A DNA stretch of 64,000 nt from Octopus vulgaris (Eukaryota). The DNA is taken from the NCBI GenBank assembly GCA_951406725.2, contig OX597831.1, positions 74,090,001-74,154,000 on the forward strand. Reading direction: 5' to 3'. Under the pieces are notes generated by a model. That model had not been told where the DNA came from, searched no databases, and was given only the letters and a program-made list of their open reading frames with translations. Numbering within the stretch: position 1 is the stretch's first letter; each line of letters starts with the position of its first letter. Positions 47,580-64,000 of the stretch are shown piece after piece. The position numbers and the translations under genes are program-made.

Positions 47580-47869
47580 ATGGATGTATGTATCCATGTA
47601 AGCAAGTGTGTACATATAGATATAAATGTGTATGGAACGGGTTAGCAGTATCAAAATGGTGTGAAAAGAATTTAGGTGAAGAAAATTACTCAGTATTATT
47701 AAACAGAGCAGAATATTATTTATTCAAACCTGAAGTCTGTGAGTCACTACTTGAAGTTCCTCGATTCCGATTTTCAAGCGACGGAAGACATGATTGGATG
47801 CCGGCTTATATACCGGTTAGGTTTAAACTGATTCCCATAGAAACAAGATGACAGGAATTACATGTTCCT

Positions 47870-48990
47870 CACATGGAAATATATTGACAGATAAGAATAA
47901 AATTCATATATAACAATTTTACATATAAAATCTCTGTCTCTCTTTCTCAGTGTACTTTCCCTGATTATCCATGACTTCCTTCCATTTATTTACAAGCTTT
48001 TAAATCCCATCAATGTAAAACTCTTTTGGTTTCAAAGCGAAGAATTCTGAAATGTCAGTTTCGACCTCCTCCTGGCTTGCGAAAGTTATGTCCCCCAAAT
48101 GATTCTGTAAACTACGAAACAAATGGTAGTCTGAAGGAGCAAGGTCGGGAGAATAAGGTGGATGAGGAATCTTTTCCCAACCAATCTCTTCGGTCTTCTG
48201 TGATGTGATCTTTGCAGTGTGGGGTCACGCATTGCTCTGATGAAACATCATCCCTTTTCGATTCACTAAAACGGGTCTTTTTTCTTGAAAGCTTCGTTCA
48301 AACGCTCTAATTGCTGACAGTAGACTTGAGTATTGATTGTTGCATTAGGTGGTAACAATTCAAAGTGAAATACTCCTTTGCAATCCCACCAGATAGAGAG
48401 AAGAACCTTTTTCCCATGAAGCTCCCTTCTCGGTTGTTGTTGAACTTTTTCCCCTTTTACCAAGCCACTGTTTACGACGTTTAACATTTCGAGAGAAGAT
48501 CCATTTTCGTCACCAGTCACAAGTCTATCCAAAAAGGGCAAAATGAGTTTGCGAGAATGGAGAGAGGAGAAGATGTCAACTCGGGATTTGCGGTTGTTTT
48601 CGGACAGTTCATGAGGCACCCATTTTCCAAGTTTAGGAACTTTCCCAAGTTGTTAAAGATGACGATGAACAGTTGTATGGTTTGAACTAAGCTTTATTGA
48701 CAATTCTTCCACTAATAATGCAGGATTTTTTTCAAGTAATGCCTCAAGGAGCTTATCATCAAACTCGGATAGACGTCCTGTTCGATCTTCATCTTCAAGG
48801 CTGAAATCTCCACTTCTGCAAGTTCTTTCAGTTAAGCATTCTTTCCCATAAACTGAGTGTATGTTTCGAGTCGCTTCGTCTGCAGAGTTTCCTTTTTTGT
48901 ATTCATAAAGCATTAAATGCCTTAAATGCTCTTTGGATACTTCCCTGTTAGAAAGGCTTTTAATCAAAGAATTTTAATTCTATTGTTCTG
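47870..48990 (-). mobile_element. Degraded mariner transposon
   Basis: HLRHLMLYEYKKG, WVPHEL, LVTGDE, VLLSIWWDCKG motifs in broken frames. Confidence 0.88.
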
Positions 48991-49044
48991 TAATATATAT
49001 ATATATGCATACATATAAATATATCATTATTATTATTATTTTCT

Positions 49045-50840
49045 GATTGATTTGCATTTTATTTCGTCTTCCGATCGGGTTTCAACAAGAGGCCTAAGAC
49101 ACGTATATACTAGATGGAGAAAAAGTTATTGAGAATGTGGGCGGTTGATGTCAACACAATTTTTTGAGTCTCAGACTGTTGGTTTCTCAGGAATTTAGTC
49201 AAAACTTTGTCACTATTTTTTTTATCATTCCCATGGCACCGACAACAAGAGGGATGGTTTTGGTTTTTAATTTGCCACGTCTTAGTTATCTCAATCTCAA
49301 GATCCCTATACTTCGACAGTTTTTCAAATTATTTTGCTAAGATGTTTCTATCAGAAGGTACTGCCATATCAATTAACAGGCATGGTTTTTGTCTTGTGTC
49401 TTTGACGACGATGTCTGGTCTGTTTTCATTTATTTGCCTGTCTGTATATATCCCATAATCCCATAGGCTGGTAACATTCCCTCCCTCGGTGACTGGCTCT
49501 GGGTGGTTTTCATACCAGTTCTTAGGGTACAGGATATCATAATGATGGTATATGCTCCCGTGCAAGTATTGGCTAACTTAATCATGTCTCGTTTATATTC
49601 TGTAGGAGTAAAGACAGAGCAACCAGCAACAATGTGCTCAATACTCTGAAGGTTGTCATTTCAGAGTCTACATTTTGTGTCTACCTCATTGTGTGACATT
49701 AGCTTGATATTTCGGAGTGAGGAGACTCCATGTCGCTAGGATATATTCTTCTTTTTCGGCTTTCAGCCAACGCTCTGCACCCACTGATGGGTTCTTCCTA
49801 TATCTACATCAGCTTCCCCAGCACGTTCGGGGTGTTGCCCATGCAGTAGTTTTTCTTTCTCCCCAGTCTTGATATGCCCTTCAAGCTTTCTTGTTTGGAT
49901 TTTGTTTTACACATTTTTGCAGCCTTAATGGATGGTGTGTCCTCCTTATCATTATAATAATTAGGAAGGTTAAGCCCTCGTTTGTACTTATATGTCTCCT
50001 TTGTGATTAAGTGCAGTTTCTTACTCTGTCCGAGTGGCCCTACCAGCTGTATCATGCAGCCGCTGTTACTTGGAGTCCTGTCGTAGCTGTTGTATAGGAC
50101 GTTTTCAGCTGGATTAGGTCTCTGCCGCCTTTCTTTCGTGGGAGATAAAGCCTGTGGAAGTCTGATTTTGGTTGGTCCATTCTGTTTAATGTCAGCAGTT
50201 TCCTGGTCTTTATGTCCAAACGCTGGAGATCACTCAGATTCCAGTTGATGACATTAAGGCTATACTAGACAAATGGTACCGCCTGGAACTTTACTGTTGT
50301 AATTCTGTTCTGAGATTTCAGCTCAGTATTCAGGACCATTCTGATTCGTCTATAATACTCTTTCCTAATCTTCTCTTTCATTGATCGATGTTGAATCCCG
50401 TTCCTTTCACGTATCCCAAGATACTTATAGAAGCCTTTTGGTCCAGGTCCTTGATAGATGTATCATTATAAAGTTGGTCCATGGTATTAGCTGTTGATTT
50501 ACCATGTTCGAACAAAACTTTAGTACACTTGTCAAGACTAAATTCCATACTGATGTCATCACAGAACTTTTTCACAGTTACTAGTAGTCCTTTCAGATCC
50601 GTGTCATCTTTTGCGTACAATTTCAGATCATCTATGTTTGAAATGATCTTGTCAAACATTTTGTAACCATAATTTGTTCTATTCACCTCGTGGGATAAGG
50701 GAATGAGGGAAAGACAGAAGACGCGAGGGGAAAGTGAATCGCTCTGGAATATTCCACGGTCTATAGGAGACTGTCTTGTAGATTACTCTCCCTAGGTTCT
50801 TGTGTATTTTCTTAGATTCATTCTGTGCCAGCGTGTTACA
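49045..50840 (-). pseudogene. R4/Dong-like LINE RT-CCHC-RLE remnant
   Basis: GIFQSDSLSP, IDDLKLYAKDD, MEFSLDKC, RLYLPRKKGGRDL, WYENHPEPV, LWDYGIYTDRQINENRPDIVV..CLLIDMAVPSDRNI. Confidence 0.85.
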
Positions 50841-50851
50841 TTCACTTACTA

Positions 50852-50932
<81 letters not shown>

Positions 50933-50976
50933 CATTATCAATATTATTATTATTATTATTGTTGCTATCATTATTA

Positions 50977-51015
<39 letters not shown>

Positions 51016-51017
<2 letters not shown>

Positions 51018-51571
51018 GAGTGAGAGAGCAGTTCATGCCATCAAAGTGACACTGGGGTAAAACATACGAAGCCCAATATACCCATCATGACTACCCGTCT
51101 GATAAAGGTACACCAGGCACATGCATCACAACCATATGTGCGCGACATGGTGATCTCATATCAAGATAAACAGCACATGACCTTGCAGGTGGGGCCCAGT
51201 TAGAATTTTCTTCAGGTTGAGTAGCCCATCCCGCTCAAACGGTCCCTGAATAAGGGTTGTTTAAGGATGTTGAAAGAACCACCCATGTTTCCAGAGGTGA
51301 ACTATTCAAACCCCAAAGAATCCATCTCAACACATGGCTATGATGCTCCCCCACTACTTCTGCTCGTGATCAGAGATGCACATATCGTCAGCCACTAAGG
51401 GACATGCTCAACTGGTTAAGGTCAAACAACTGACAAGCAAATCTGTGGTATTGAGCAGAATATTTGCTGTAGCCCATCTTTTATACCAAGACAAAACAAT
51501 GTACATGATAACACTTCCAATCAGTTAAGATCAGAAGCCATGAGAGCCACTGCCTGGTACTGCATCAGGGC

Positions 51572-51644
<73 letters not shown>

Positions 51645-51835
51645 GAGTGAGAGAGCAGTGCATGCCATCAAAGAGACACTGCGGTAAAATATACGAAGCC
51701 TAATATACCCATCATGACTACCCCGTCTGATAAGGGTACACCTGGCACATGCATCACAACCATATGTGCGTGACATAGTGATCTCATATCAAGATAAACA
51801 GTGCATGACCTTGCAGGTGGGGGCCCAGTTAGAAT
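51016..51835 (-). mobile_element. (TAA)n-embedded repeat: full copy 51016-51573 plus truncated copy 51643-51835
   Basis: Reverse complement of 10720-11281. Confidence 0.88.
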
Positions 51836-52758
51836 ATCGTACCTGGGTGCCTTCCAGTTGCCTAGTTTTGCAGTGCCTGGGTGACCTGTTCAGTCGTTAT
51901 GGGAGCCCAGAGTTGTTCAGGTGCTGAGGTCGTTGTTTTGATAGACCTTTTCTGAGGTTTCTCCTTCGCTTATAATAATTAGGAAGGTTAAGCCCTCGTT
52001 TGTACTTATATGTCTCCTTTGTGATTAAGTGCAGTTTCTTTCTGTCCGAGTTCCAGCTGGATTAGGTCTCTGCCGCCTTTCTTTCGTGGGAGATAAAGCC
52101 TGTGGAAGTCTGATTTTGGTTGGTCCATTCTGTTTAATTCAGCAGTTTCCTGGTCTTTATGTCCAAACGCTGCTGTTGGTGCTGCATTGATGGAACTTTC
52201 TGTTGTAATTCTGTTCATGAGATTTCAGCTCAGTATTCAGGACCATTCTGATTCGTCTATAATACTCTTTCCTAATCTTCTCTTTCATTGATCGATGTTG
52301 AATCCCGTTCCTTTCACGTATCCCAAGATACTTATAGAAGCCTTTTGGTCCAGGTCCTTGATAGATGTATCATTATAAAGTTGGTCCATGGTATTAGCTG
52401 TTGATTTACCATGTTCGAACAAAACTTTAGTACACTTGTCAAGACTAAATTCCATACTGATGTCATCACAGAACTTTTTCACAGTTACTAGTAGTCCTTT
52501 CAGATCCGTGTCATCTTTTGCGTACAATTTCAGATCATCTATGTTTGAAATGATCTTGTCAAACATTTTGTAACCATAATTTGTTCTATTCACCTCGTGG
52601 GATAAGGGAATGAGGGAAAGACAGAAGACGCGAGGGGAAAGTGAATCGCTCTGGAATATTCCACGGTCTATAGGAGACTGTCTTGTAGATTACTCTCCCT
52701 AGGTTCTTGTGTATTTTCTTAGATTCATTCTGTGCCAGCGTGTTACATTCACTTACTA

Positions 52759-52839
<81 letters not shown>

Positions 52840-52883
52840 CATTATCAATATTATTATTATTATTATTGTTTTTATCATTATTA

Positions 52884-52940
<57 letters not shown>

Positions 52941-52942
<2 letters not shown>

Positions 52943-53496
52943 GAGTGAGAGAGCAGTTCATGCCATCAAAGTGACACTGGGGTAAAACATACGAAGCCCA
53001 ATATACCCATCATGACTACCCGTCTGATAAAGGTACACCAGGCACATGCATCACAACCATATGTGCGCGACATGGTGATCTCATATCAAGATAAACAGCA
53101 CATGACCTTGCAGGTGGGGCCCAGTTAGAATTTTCTTCAGGTTGAGTAGCCCATCCCGCTCAAACGGTCCCTGAATAAGGGTTGTTTAAGGATGTTGAAA
53201 GAACCACCCATGTTTCCAGAGGTGAACTATTCAAACCCCAAAGAATCCATCTCAACACATGGCTATGATGCTCCCCCACTACTTCTGCTCGTGATCAGAG
53301 ATGCACATATCGTCAGCCACTAAGGGACATGCTCAACTGGTTAAGGTCAAACAACTGACAAGCAAATCTGTGGTATTGAGCAGAATATTTGCTGTAGCCC
53401 ATCTTTTATACCAAGACAAAACAATGTACATGATAACACTTCCAATCAGTTAAGATCAGAAGCCATGAGAGCCACTGCCTGGTACTGCATCAGGGC

Positions 53497-53569
<73 letters not shown>

Positions 53570-53760
53570 GAGTGAGAGAGCAGTGCATGCCATCAAAGAG
53601 ACACTGCGGTAAAATATACGAAGCCTAATATACCCATCATGACTACCCCGTCTGATAAGGGTACACCTGGCACATGCATCACGACCATATGTGCGCGACA
53701 TAGTGATCTCATATCAAGATAAACAGTGCATGACCTTGCAGGTGGGGGCCCAGTTAGAAT
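52941..53760 (-). mobile_element. (TAA)n-embedded repeat: full copy 52941-53498 plus truncated copy 53568-53760
   Basis: Duplicate of 51016-51835. Confidence 0.88.
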
Positions 53761-54062
53761 ATCGTACCTGGGTGCCTTCCAGTTGCTTAGTTTTGCAGTG
53801 CCTGGGTGACCTGTTCAGTCGTTATGGGAGCCCAGAGTTGTTCAGGTGCTGAGGTCGTTGTTTTGATAGACCTTTTCTGAGGTTTCTCCTTCGCCGACAA
53901 TATTTCTTTCCAAAATTCTTCCACTTCTGCTGTTGGTGCTGCATTGATCTCTATTTTGTTTTTGCCAAATTCTTGGTAATATCTTTTGGAGTTGGAGTTG
54001 AACCCTTTGTCTTGTTCAAAGGAACGTTGGCGTTTCTCATGCCGGCGGATTCTTTGTGCGAA
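53761..54062 (-). pseudogene. R4/Dong-like LINE pre-RT fragment
   Basis: AQRIRRHEKRQRSFEQDKGFNSNSKRYYQEF..EVEEFWKEI..ITTEQVTQAL. Confidence 0.7.
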
Positions 54063-54441
54063 CAATGGAGATGATACACAGTTAAAATACATCATTTCAT
54101 TCGGAAAAAAAGATAAATAAATTTTAGTATTTCTTATACGGATATACCCCAACTCGTTTAACGCTCGGGTATAGTCCAGAACTTTGTCAGTATGGCGAAC
54201 GTGTTTACATATATTATGCGAGTGTCGGAGATGACACACAGTTAAAAAAACATAATTTCCATCGGAAAATAAAAATAAATTTCAGTGAGTATTCCTTACT
54301 CGGATATAGTCCAATACTTCATCAGTTATTTTAGGCTCCACTTTATGTCTTTATTCCCGATGTTTTTGGATAGATTTCGGAGCAGTGTTTTATCGCTCTC
54401 ACATGTTAAACATCCCCGGTGTATTATTATTGTTGTCGTTG

Positions 54442-54511
<70 letters not shown>

Positions 54512-54977
54512 CATTATTATTATTATTATTATTATTACTGTTGTTGTTGTTGTAGTTGTTTTTCCTTATTTCTTCTTCTTCTTTTTCTTCTTCTTCTTCT
54601 TCTTCTTCTTCTTCTTCAAGTGATCATTATTATTATTATCATTATTTTCGTTGTTGTTGTTGCTTTTCATTATCATCACATATGTGTGAAGACATACCAT
54701 TTACCAAAAGTAAATTGTTTATCTTCAATTCAATTTCTTTGTTATTATATTTTTTCCCAGTGACAATATCTCTGAAGAAACAGAGTCTTAACTGGAATCA
54801 AACAGTTTGACGGATCTAATGGGTTGTTAACACAACACTACACACACATACACAAACACACGCACGCACAAACACACGTACGCACACACACACACACGCA
54901 TACACACAAATACGCACACACACACACGTACGTACATATATATATATAGAGAGAGGGATTGATAGATACATAACTAG

Positions 54978-55016
<39 letters not shown>

Positions 55017-55079
55017 CATATATACATACATACATATATATATATATATATGTGTGTATATTTATATATATATATATAT

Positions 55080-55145
<66 letters not shown>

Positions 55146-55535
55146 CATATATATATGTATATCCCTTAAAGAGGTAATAAACAAAAAGATCGTGAGAAAC
55201 CTACTGTCACACGTTGTGTGACGTCTTGTGACAGAAATAAGATAAGATGGCGTTCAGATACATTTGTGAAGAATCACCGTTTGTGGAACTCTCCTAGGTG
55301 AAGAAATCAAATATATCTCAACAGTGTGGAGAGATTTAAAACATCAAATATTTATCGCGTGTGAACATTTCTGATTTCCATTTCGTCATTCGCAAATAAG
55401 TTAGAAATCGTATTTTAAATGATTGCCGCTTTTTAGAAAAAAGTTCTCTTTTTTTGTATTTGTCTGTCTAAATGTATGTATAATGACTGTTTGTATATGC
55501 ATGTGAAAATATATGTGTTTGTGTATATATGCAAG

Positions 55536-55589
<54 letters not shown>

Positions 55590-55609
55590 TGTATATTTCT
55601 CTCTCTCTT

Positions 55610-55642
<33 letters not shown>

Positions 55643-55787
55643 CTGTCTGTCTATCTATCTATCTATCTATCTATCTGTCGACCTCTATGTGTGTGTATGC
55701 ATACACATACACACACACGTATATATGTATATATATTTGTATGTATACACACACATATATATATATATATGTATGAGTGTATGTGTG

Positions 55788-55892
<105 letters not shown>

Positions 55893-56282
55893 TAAATAGA
55901 TAGATAGATAGACACACACAGAAAGATAGACATACACGTACATATATAAATACATATATAGAAAGTGACAGTGGGAGAGAGAGAGTGAGAGAGTGAAAGT
56001 GAGAGAGAGAGATTTATATTGAAGCTGAAAAGTCTTCATAAATCATTACTCCAAGTTTCGCGTAAGAGATCATCCCATACAAGTGAACATTTTAAATCTA
56101 CTGTTTCTGCTCCCAAAGTCTGTCTATCTATCTATCTATCTGAGCTGATCTGCAAACATGAAACTCGATGTAACTGCTCTTAAAGATTTCCGGTTTCAAT
56201 AAAGCTCGATAATTAAAGCTACCTTTAGTATTCAATTAAGAGCTATTTTCACCTAGCAGATACATAAATACATACATACATG

Positions 56283-56340
<58 letters not shown>

Positions 56341-56469
56341 CATACGTATCTCTATACACACTCACACACACATTCATACATATGCCTATATATATATATA
56401 TATATATATGTGTGTCTGTGTGTATGTATGTGTATGAGTATATATATACCTGATGCACGTATATATTTG

Positions 56470-57320
<851 letters not shown>

Positions 57321-57445
57321 TCTAGAATAACTGTAGTAAAAGATAGGAGATATATCTGCGTATGTATATATACATATACATACATATATCTATATATATG
57401 CATGTGTGTGTGTATATATATATATATGTATATATATATATGTAC

Positions 57446-57527
<82 letters not shown>

Positions 57528-57562
57528 ATATATGGATATATATATATGTATATATACGTACA

Positions 57563-58607
57563 TAATAACAAAGGGTAAAATTAATTAATATAGAAGTAAT
57601 CAATAATCTCACCAAGTAGAATTCGGCATGAAAAGACCATTTCACGGTAAACTAAGTAATACTCTATAATTAGGGTTCAGCAAAGATTTGCTTTACCACA
57701 TACCGAAGTTTAGAAATAGCAGTCAAAAAACCTTAGCTATTTCTTCTACTTTAAAAAGGGACTCCAAGAAAAGCCAAAATACTTGAAAACAATCTACGCA
57801 GGCAGAGAGGAAAAATAACGAAAATCAATCCATATCTGGTAATCCATGTACGCGCGTTTCGGAATTAGATCGGTATAAAGAATAAAGAATTATACTTTAC
57901 CCAACCATTTTCGTTCATCAGCATGGGACTCCAACAATATTAAATATTAAATATTAAATTCGAAGGCACTGGAAGAATTGAACATATCTCTCCACCTAAC
58001 GGTATCAGACAGATCATATTCAGTGTTAGTGCCGCCGAATTCAAAATATGAATGAGGTTCATCACCTTCCCCTGCCCACCACGTGTGTCGTCAAGTAAGA
58101 TGCTACAGAAAAAAAACTGTAGTTTGTTATCAGGGAGAAATATTCCATTCTCAATAATAACAAAGGGTAAAATTAATTAATTAAGAAGTAATCAATAATT
58201 TCACCAAGCATCTTACTTGACGACACACGTATTTTGAATTCGGCAGCACTAACACTGAATATGATCTGTCTGATACCGTTAGGTGGAGAGATATATTCAA
58301 TTCTTCCAGTGCCTTCGAATTTAACATTTAATATTGTTGGAATCTCATGCTGATGAACGAAAATGGTTGGGTAAAGTATAATTCTACATTCTTTATACCG
58401 ATCTAATTCCGAAACGCGCGTACGTGGGTGATCAGATATGGATTGATTTTCGTTATTTTTCCTCTCTGCCTGCGTAGATTGTTTTCAAGTATTTTGGCTT
58501 TTCTGGAGTCCCTTTTTAAAGTAGAAGAAATAGCTAAGGTTTTTTGACTGCTATTTCTAAACTTCGGTATGTGGTAAAGCAAATCTTTGCTGAACCTAAT
58601 TATAAAG

Positions 58608-58608
<1 letters not shown>
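57563..58608. mobile_element. Hammerhead element: about 590-bp unit + 55-bp tandem repeat + inverted arm
   Basis: 57563-57617 repeated at 58153-58208; 58209-58608 is the inverse of about 57660-58103. Confidence 0.85.
57844..57926 (-). ncRNA. Type I hammerhead (GUA site); mirror copy 58344-58428 on plus
   Basis: Minus: CCATG-CTGATGA-ACGAAAATGGTTGGGTAAAG..CTTTATACCGATCTAATTCC-GAAAC-GCGC-GTA-CATGG; base of stem II imperfect. Confidence 0.72.
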
Positions 58609-58685
<77 letters not shown>

Positions 58686-58688
<3 letters not shown>

Positions 58689-59385
58689 AACTAAAGTTAT
58701 TGAACAAACAATTGCAAGGTCATCCGCATATCACTTCATAATTCGAACATTTAATCATAGAATATACATATAAACACCCTGCAAGATTGAACTTAATTCA
58801 TCTGTACAAGCATACAAGCATATAATAATAATAAGGTCCGAGAAAAAAATTTACCATAAGTAAATATGGTTCCCTTTTTAACTATAAGGCTTCTTTTACT
58901 TGAATAATTATTTAATAAGATTTCTAAACGATGAACTTTTATTTTATTTACATGATATATATTATATATACTTTTTATATGCTCCTATATGTATATATAT
59001 ATATTTTATATATTTTTATATACCTATATATTTTTATATATTACTTTATATTATATTTCTACTTTCTAGTTTTTTTTTTAAACATGGATTTCTCTGAATC
59101 GCTTAAGTATTAACTCTAAACTGTGATGAAAAAAAATTTTCTCGCACTTTATTATTATTATTATATGCTTGTATGCTTGTACAGATGAATTATGTTCCAT
59201 CTTGCAGGATGTTTATATGTATATTCTATGATTAAATGTTCGAATTATGAAATGATATGCGGATGACCTTGCATTTGTTTGTTCAATAACTTTAGTTTGA
59301 TATTTTTGTCTCTTTCAATAGAGCACTTCTATAGCAGTCCTATTAATCTTTTTGTTCCTGACAAGAAACAATCACTGTATTATTG
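58686..59385. mobile_element. Palindromic element in (TA)n (arms about 165 bp, spacer about 280 bp)
   Basis: 58684-58850 is the inverse of 59135-59303; only a degenerate hammerhead-like CAGATGA..GAAATGATA. Confidence 0.75.
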
Positions 59386-59401
59386 ATATTGATATATATA
59401 T

Positions 59402-59902
<501 letters not shown>

Positions 59903-59910
59903 ATATATAT

Positions 59911-59999
<89 letters not shown>

Positions 60000-60297
60000 C
60001 ATATATTATATTATATTATATCATATCATATATTATATACGAACAATTGAGAAGCAAAAATTCTATACTTAATTTTAGTTTTTGTATTGGGGAAACAATT
60101 TTCTCCTTCTAGCTCACAAAGTGGTTGGTGCCGAAACCCATCAAACCACAATATATATATATATACGTATGTATGTATGTATGTATGTATGTATGTATGT
60201 ATGTATGTATGTATGTATGTATGTATGTATGTATGTATGTATGTATGCATGTATGTTTCGAAGGATATATATATATATATATATATACGTGTATGTA

Positions 60298-60415
<118 letters not shown>

Positions 60416-60425
60416 TACATACACG

Positions 60426-60457
<32 letters not shown>

Positions 60458-60490
60458 TACATACACGTATATATATATATATATCCATCG

Positions 60491-60599
<109 letters not shown>

Positions 60600-61724
60600 T
60601 ATACATATGTATGCATGTATGTATGTATAGATGTATTCAAATTTCGCATATGCGTTTCAGAATGGAAGAACTCTTTGGTTAATGAAGGAAGTCTGACCTT
60701 CGTCAAGCCTGAAACAAAATGCGGAATGGTCGCGGCTGGAATGCTTATGATCCTGCAGGATTATGATCAAAAGCATTCCGGAAATGGATATAGGAATGTC
60801 ACATTAGACAATGTAGTCAGCCACGTCCAAAGAGACAGGATGGTCACGGCTGAGCTGTCTTTCATCATGGGTTTGCTCTGAACCGTTGTTGAACGCATCA
60901 CAAATCTCCAAGAAAATATATTCGTTTCTTTTTTTTTTCACTATTTTTATATTTTCTCTTTTCTCTTTCTTTGCGTATCGGCATTTTTCTTCTGAATTTT
61001 TCACTCGTAACCAGAGACAACAACAACAACAACAACAACAACAACAGCAGCAGCAGCAGCAGCAGTAGCAACAGCAGCAGCAGTAACGGTAACAATGTTC
61101 GCTGCAATGAAACTGCGGAATACAGTGAGAACTGTGAGTTCTTATAAAAATGCTGACAATCAACCATTTAGTGTTGCATCCACAAGATTATTATTCATTG
61201 ATAAAGGAGAATTGAAAATGTTGAAATGAAAGCAGCTTTACGAACTCGCGTTGTTGAAAAGTGCTAATTAAAAGCTAAAGATAGGTAGTAATTAGTTATT
61301 CCGAAAGTCAGCAGCTTAATATAACCTGGTCTTTCCAAAGCACACCGGTCGGTTCACTTGATGTATTTCGTAAGTAGACGCCAAAATAATAAACACCGTC
61401 AAAAGATCTTCGCCAAGTGAATCCATAATGGTGTTTGTTGGATGGAATAAAACTTCCTTTAATAGAAATGATGGCGGATTGGAGGAGACGAAGAGGCGAG
61501 TCTCGGTTGCTGTTGAGTATTTTATGCTTCCATTTTACACTGACTTGATTAATGGCGGAACCGTTCGGCTGTTGGAGAGTTGAGACATTGAGGGGACGAC
61601 TTTATGGACTCCTAAAAATACTTCAGAATTAATTGACGGTCACGGGAGACCCTTGTTGCTGAGAGATCTAACATGGCGTTGTCTCATCATAGGAAACGTA
61701 TCCTAGCATCTAAAACAGCCATGA

Positions 61725-61809
<85 letters not shown>

Positions 61810-62013
61810 TATACCTGAGTGTATATTTTTCGATGTGTATAAAAAAAGAATGCTTAAGGCAGGTACGAAAGCAATCTAAGCTTCAAAATACGAATGCAGT
61901 ATAATGGCTGAAAATGTGCTGACTGTTCTGTGTGTGTGTATTTATATATAAGGCATATATAATAATATATACATAATGTACATCCATTCATACATGCATA
62001 TATGCATACATAA

Positions 62014-62082
<69 letters not shown>

Positions 62083-62154
62083 CATACATATATATATCTA
62101 TATATATATATATTATATATATATACACACACATATGCAAATAGTAATCTATCC

Positions 62155-62268
<114 letters not shown>

Positions 62269-62394
62269 GCATATACATATATATATATATATACACACTC
62301 AACGATATTTTCAATAATAACACATAAATAAGTGAAATTCGATAGTTTATCAAATAATATTTTTTGTGCAAATATCACACACACACACACACAC

Positions 62395-62474
<80 letters not shown>

Positions 62475-62499
62475 TTATATATATTTATGTATATATATG

Positions 62500-62540
<41 letters not shown>

Positions 62541-62861
62541 GATATATATATATACGTACATTTTTTTTTTTGTATGTCAGTTCATTTGTGTTGTTATGAA
62601 GACTAAACGAAGTCGAGGTGGTCGTTGTTTATTTTAAGATACCATTCCATGGAATCTTCGTCAGAAGTGAAAGAAGATGGTTGCGAAAGTTTTCAATTGT
62701 CCCTGATTAACACGCAACGAGAGCAACAGAGCTGGTTCTTTGTGGCGGAGAGTGGGACCTTAGGAACGTGTGTTCAAGGATATGTTGTTATTTGGACCAT
62801 GTTGATGTTTCATACTAAACAGGACAGAACATAACGCGGTATGGCTATGTATGTAGTGTAC

Positions 62862-62892
<31 letters not shown>

Positions 62893-62898
62893 TGTATG

Positions 62899-63011
<113 letters not shown>

Positions 63012-63190
63012 ATATGCAAGATTTTATGCATATATCTACGTAATCATGCATGTGTGTATACATTTAAGTGTGGATGTATGCATGTGTACGCATACATGTG
63101 TATACATTTATGTATGTGTATATATATATGTGTATATATGCATACATATCTATAGATATGTATGTGTGTGTATATATAAATGTATATATG

Positions 63191-63225
<35 letters not shown>

Positions 63226-63248
63226 GTATATATGTATATATATATATG

Positions 63249-63296
<48 letters not shown>

Positions 63297-63456
63297 GGTA
63301 CGCATACACACCTGCAAGTTCATATACACATCTACACCCCCCCCACACACGCACCCATTGTGTATTCATTTAAAGATACTTTTTGCACGCGTGCTCCTAT
63401 TGTAGTTTCGTGTTAGTCTGTGTGTATGTGTGTGTTTATACGTATGCATGTGTGTA

Positions 63457-63487
<31 letters not shown>

Positions 63488-64000
63488 CACTGTATAGATC
63501 GGTAGTGTTTGTGTACGAGATTTGAGGGAACCTTAATGAATCCAATTATACTGGAGCGGCGGAGGAAAAAGAAATACAATAAAACGTCAAAGGAAGCCAG
63601 AGCGAAGTTTCTAACCAACAGCCACAACATGGCTGTATTTACAAACTATTTCAGACTTTACACGCCGTCTGCATGATGGTGTGTTAGTGTGTGTGTGCGA
63701 GTGTGTGCGTGTATGTCTGCGGTGTACGTGTAGAAATAGACAGGCAGAAAGGCAGACAGTCAAATAAGTAGATATAAGTGTGTGAGAGCGATAAATAGAA
63801 ATATACCCGTCTCAGCCAAACGGCTAACTTTATATATGGCGTTCGATTCTCACATGAAATTTCGGATTGCTTTTCTGTGCTTTTCATGGTATACGAGCGG
63901 GTATCCAAATGTAACCGGAAACGGTCTATGTGGGACAAGCCCGTTGTAGCTCAGGCTTTCGCCGTAAGAATCCACTTGATGCGGCCCTCAGGCATCAGTG

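Larger units (their letters stand above)
50300..53893. repeat. Tandem duplication, period about 1.91 kb
   Basis: 50300-51968 recurs at 52200-53893, nearly identical including nested repeats. Confidence 0.9.

Noticed and set aside
60630-61720. Unique sequence, possible host exon or regulatory region
   Set aside because: No recognisable protein similarity or convincing splice structure

Overview
Non-coding, extremely microsatellite-rich eukaryotic DNA. The SINE and microsatellite repertoire suggests an octopus/cephalopod genome (inference). No host gene is recognisable, and almost all listed ORFs are simple-repeat artefacts. Real coding remnants are all transposons: a Penelope-like element (RT thumb + GIY-YIG, Naiad/Neptune-type) as two head-to-head copies at 33.5-36.8 kb, R4/Dong-like, Tx1/L1-like, CR1-like and RTE LINE fragments, and two mariner relics. 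There is also a pogo-like MITE and many tRNA-derived SINEs. The main hidden signal is a set of about 12 short non-coding elements, most sitting in (TA)n tracts. They are built as outward-pointing (head-to-head) inverted arms and carry about 15 type I hammerhead ribozyme folds. The ribozymes show compensatory core variants at the 3-8 pair (C-G, U-A, G-C) and palindromic stem III. The elements share 3' terminal motifs with the Penelope-like element, and two of them have partial-tandem 500/590-bp units. Together this looks like a PLE-mobilised retrozyme-like system that includes a tRNA-headed hammerhead SINE. All folds were read by eye; activity and novelty are untested.
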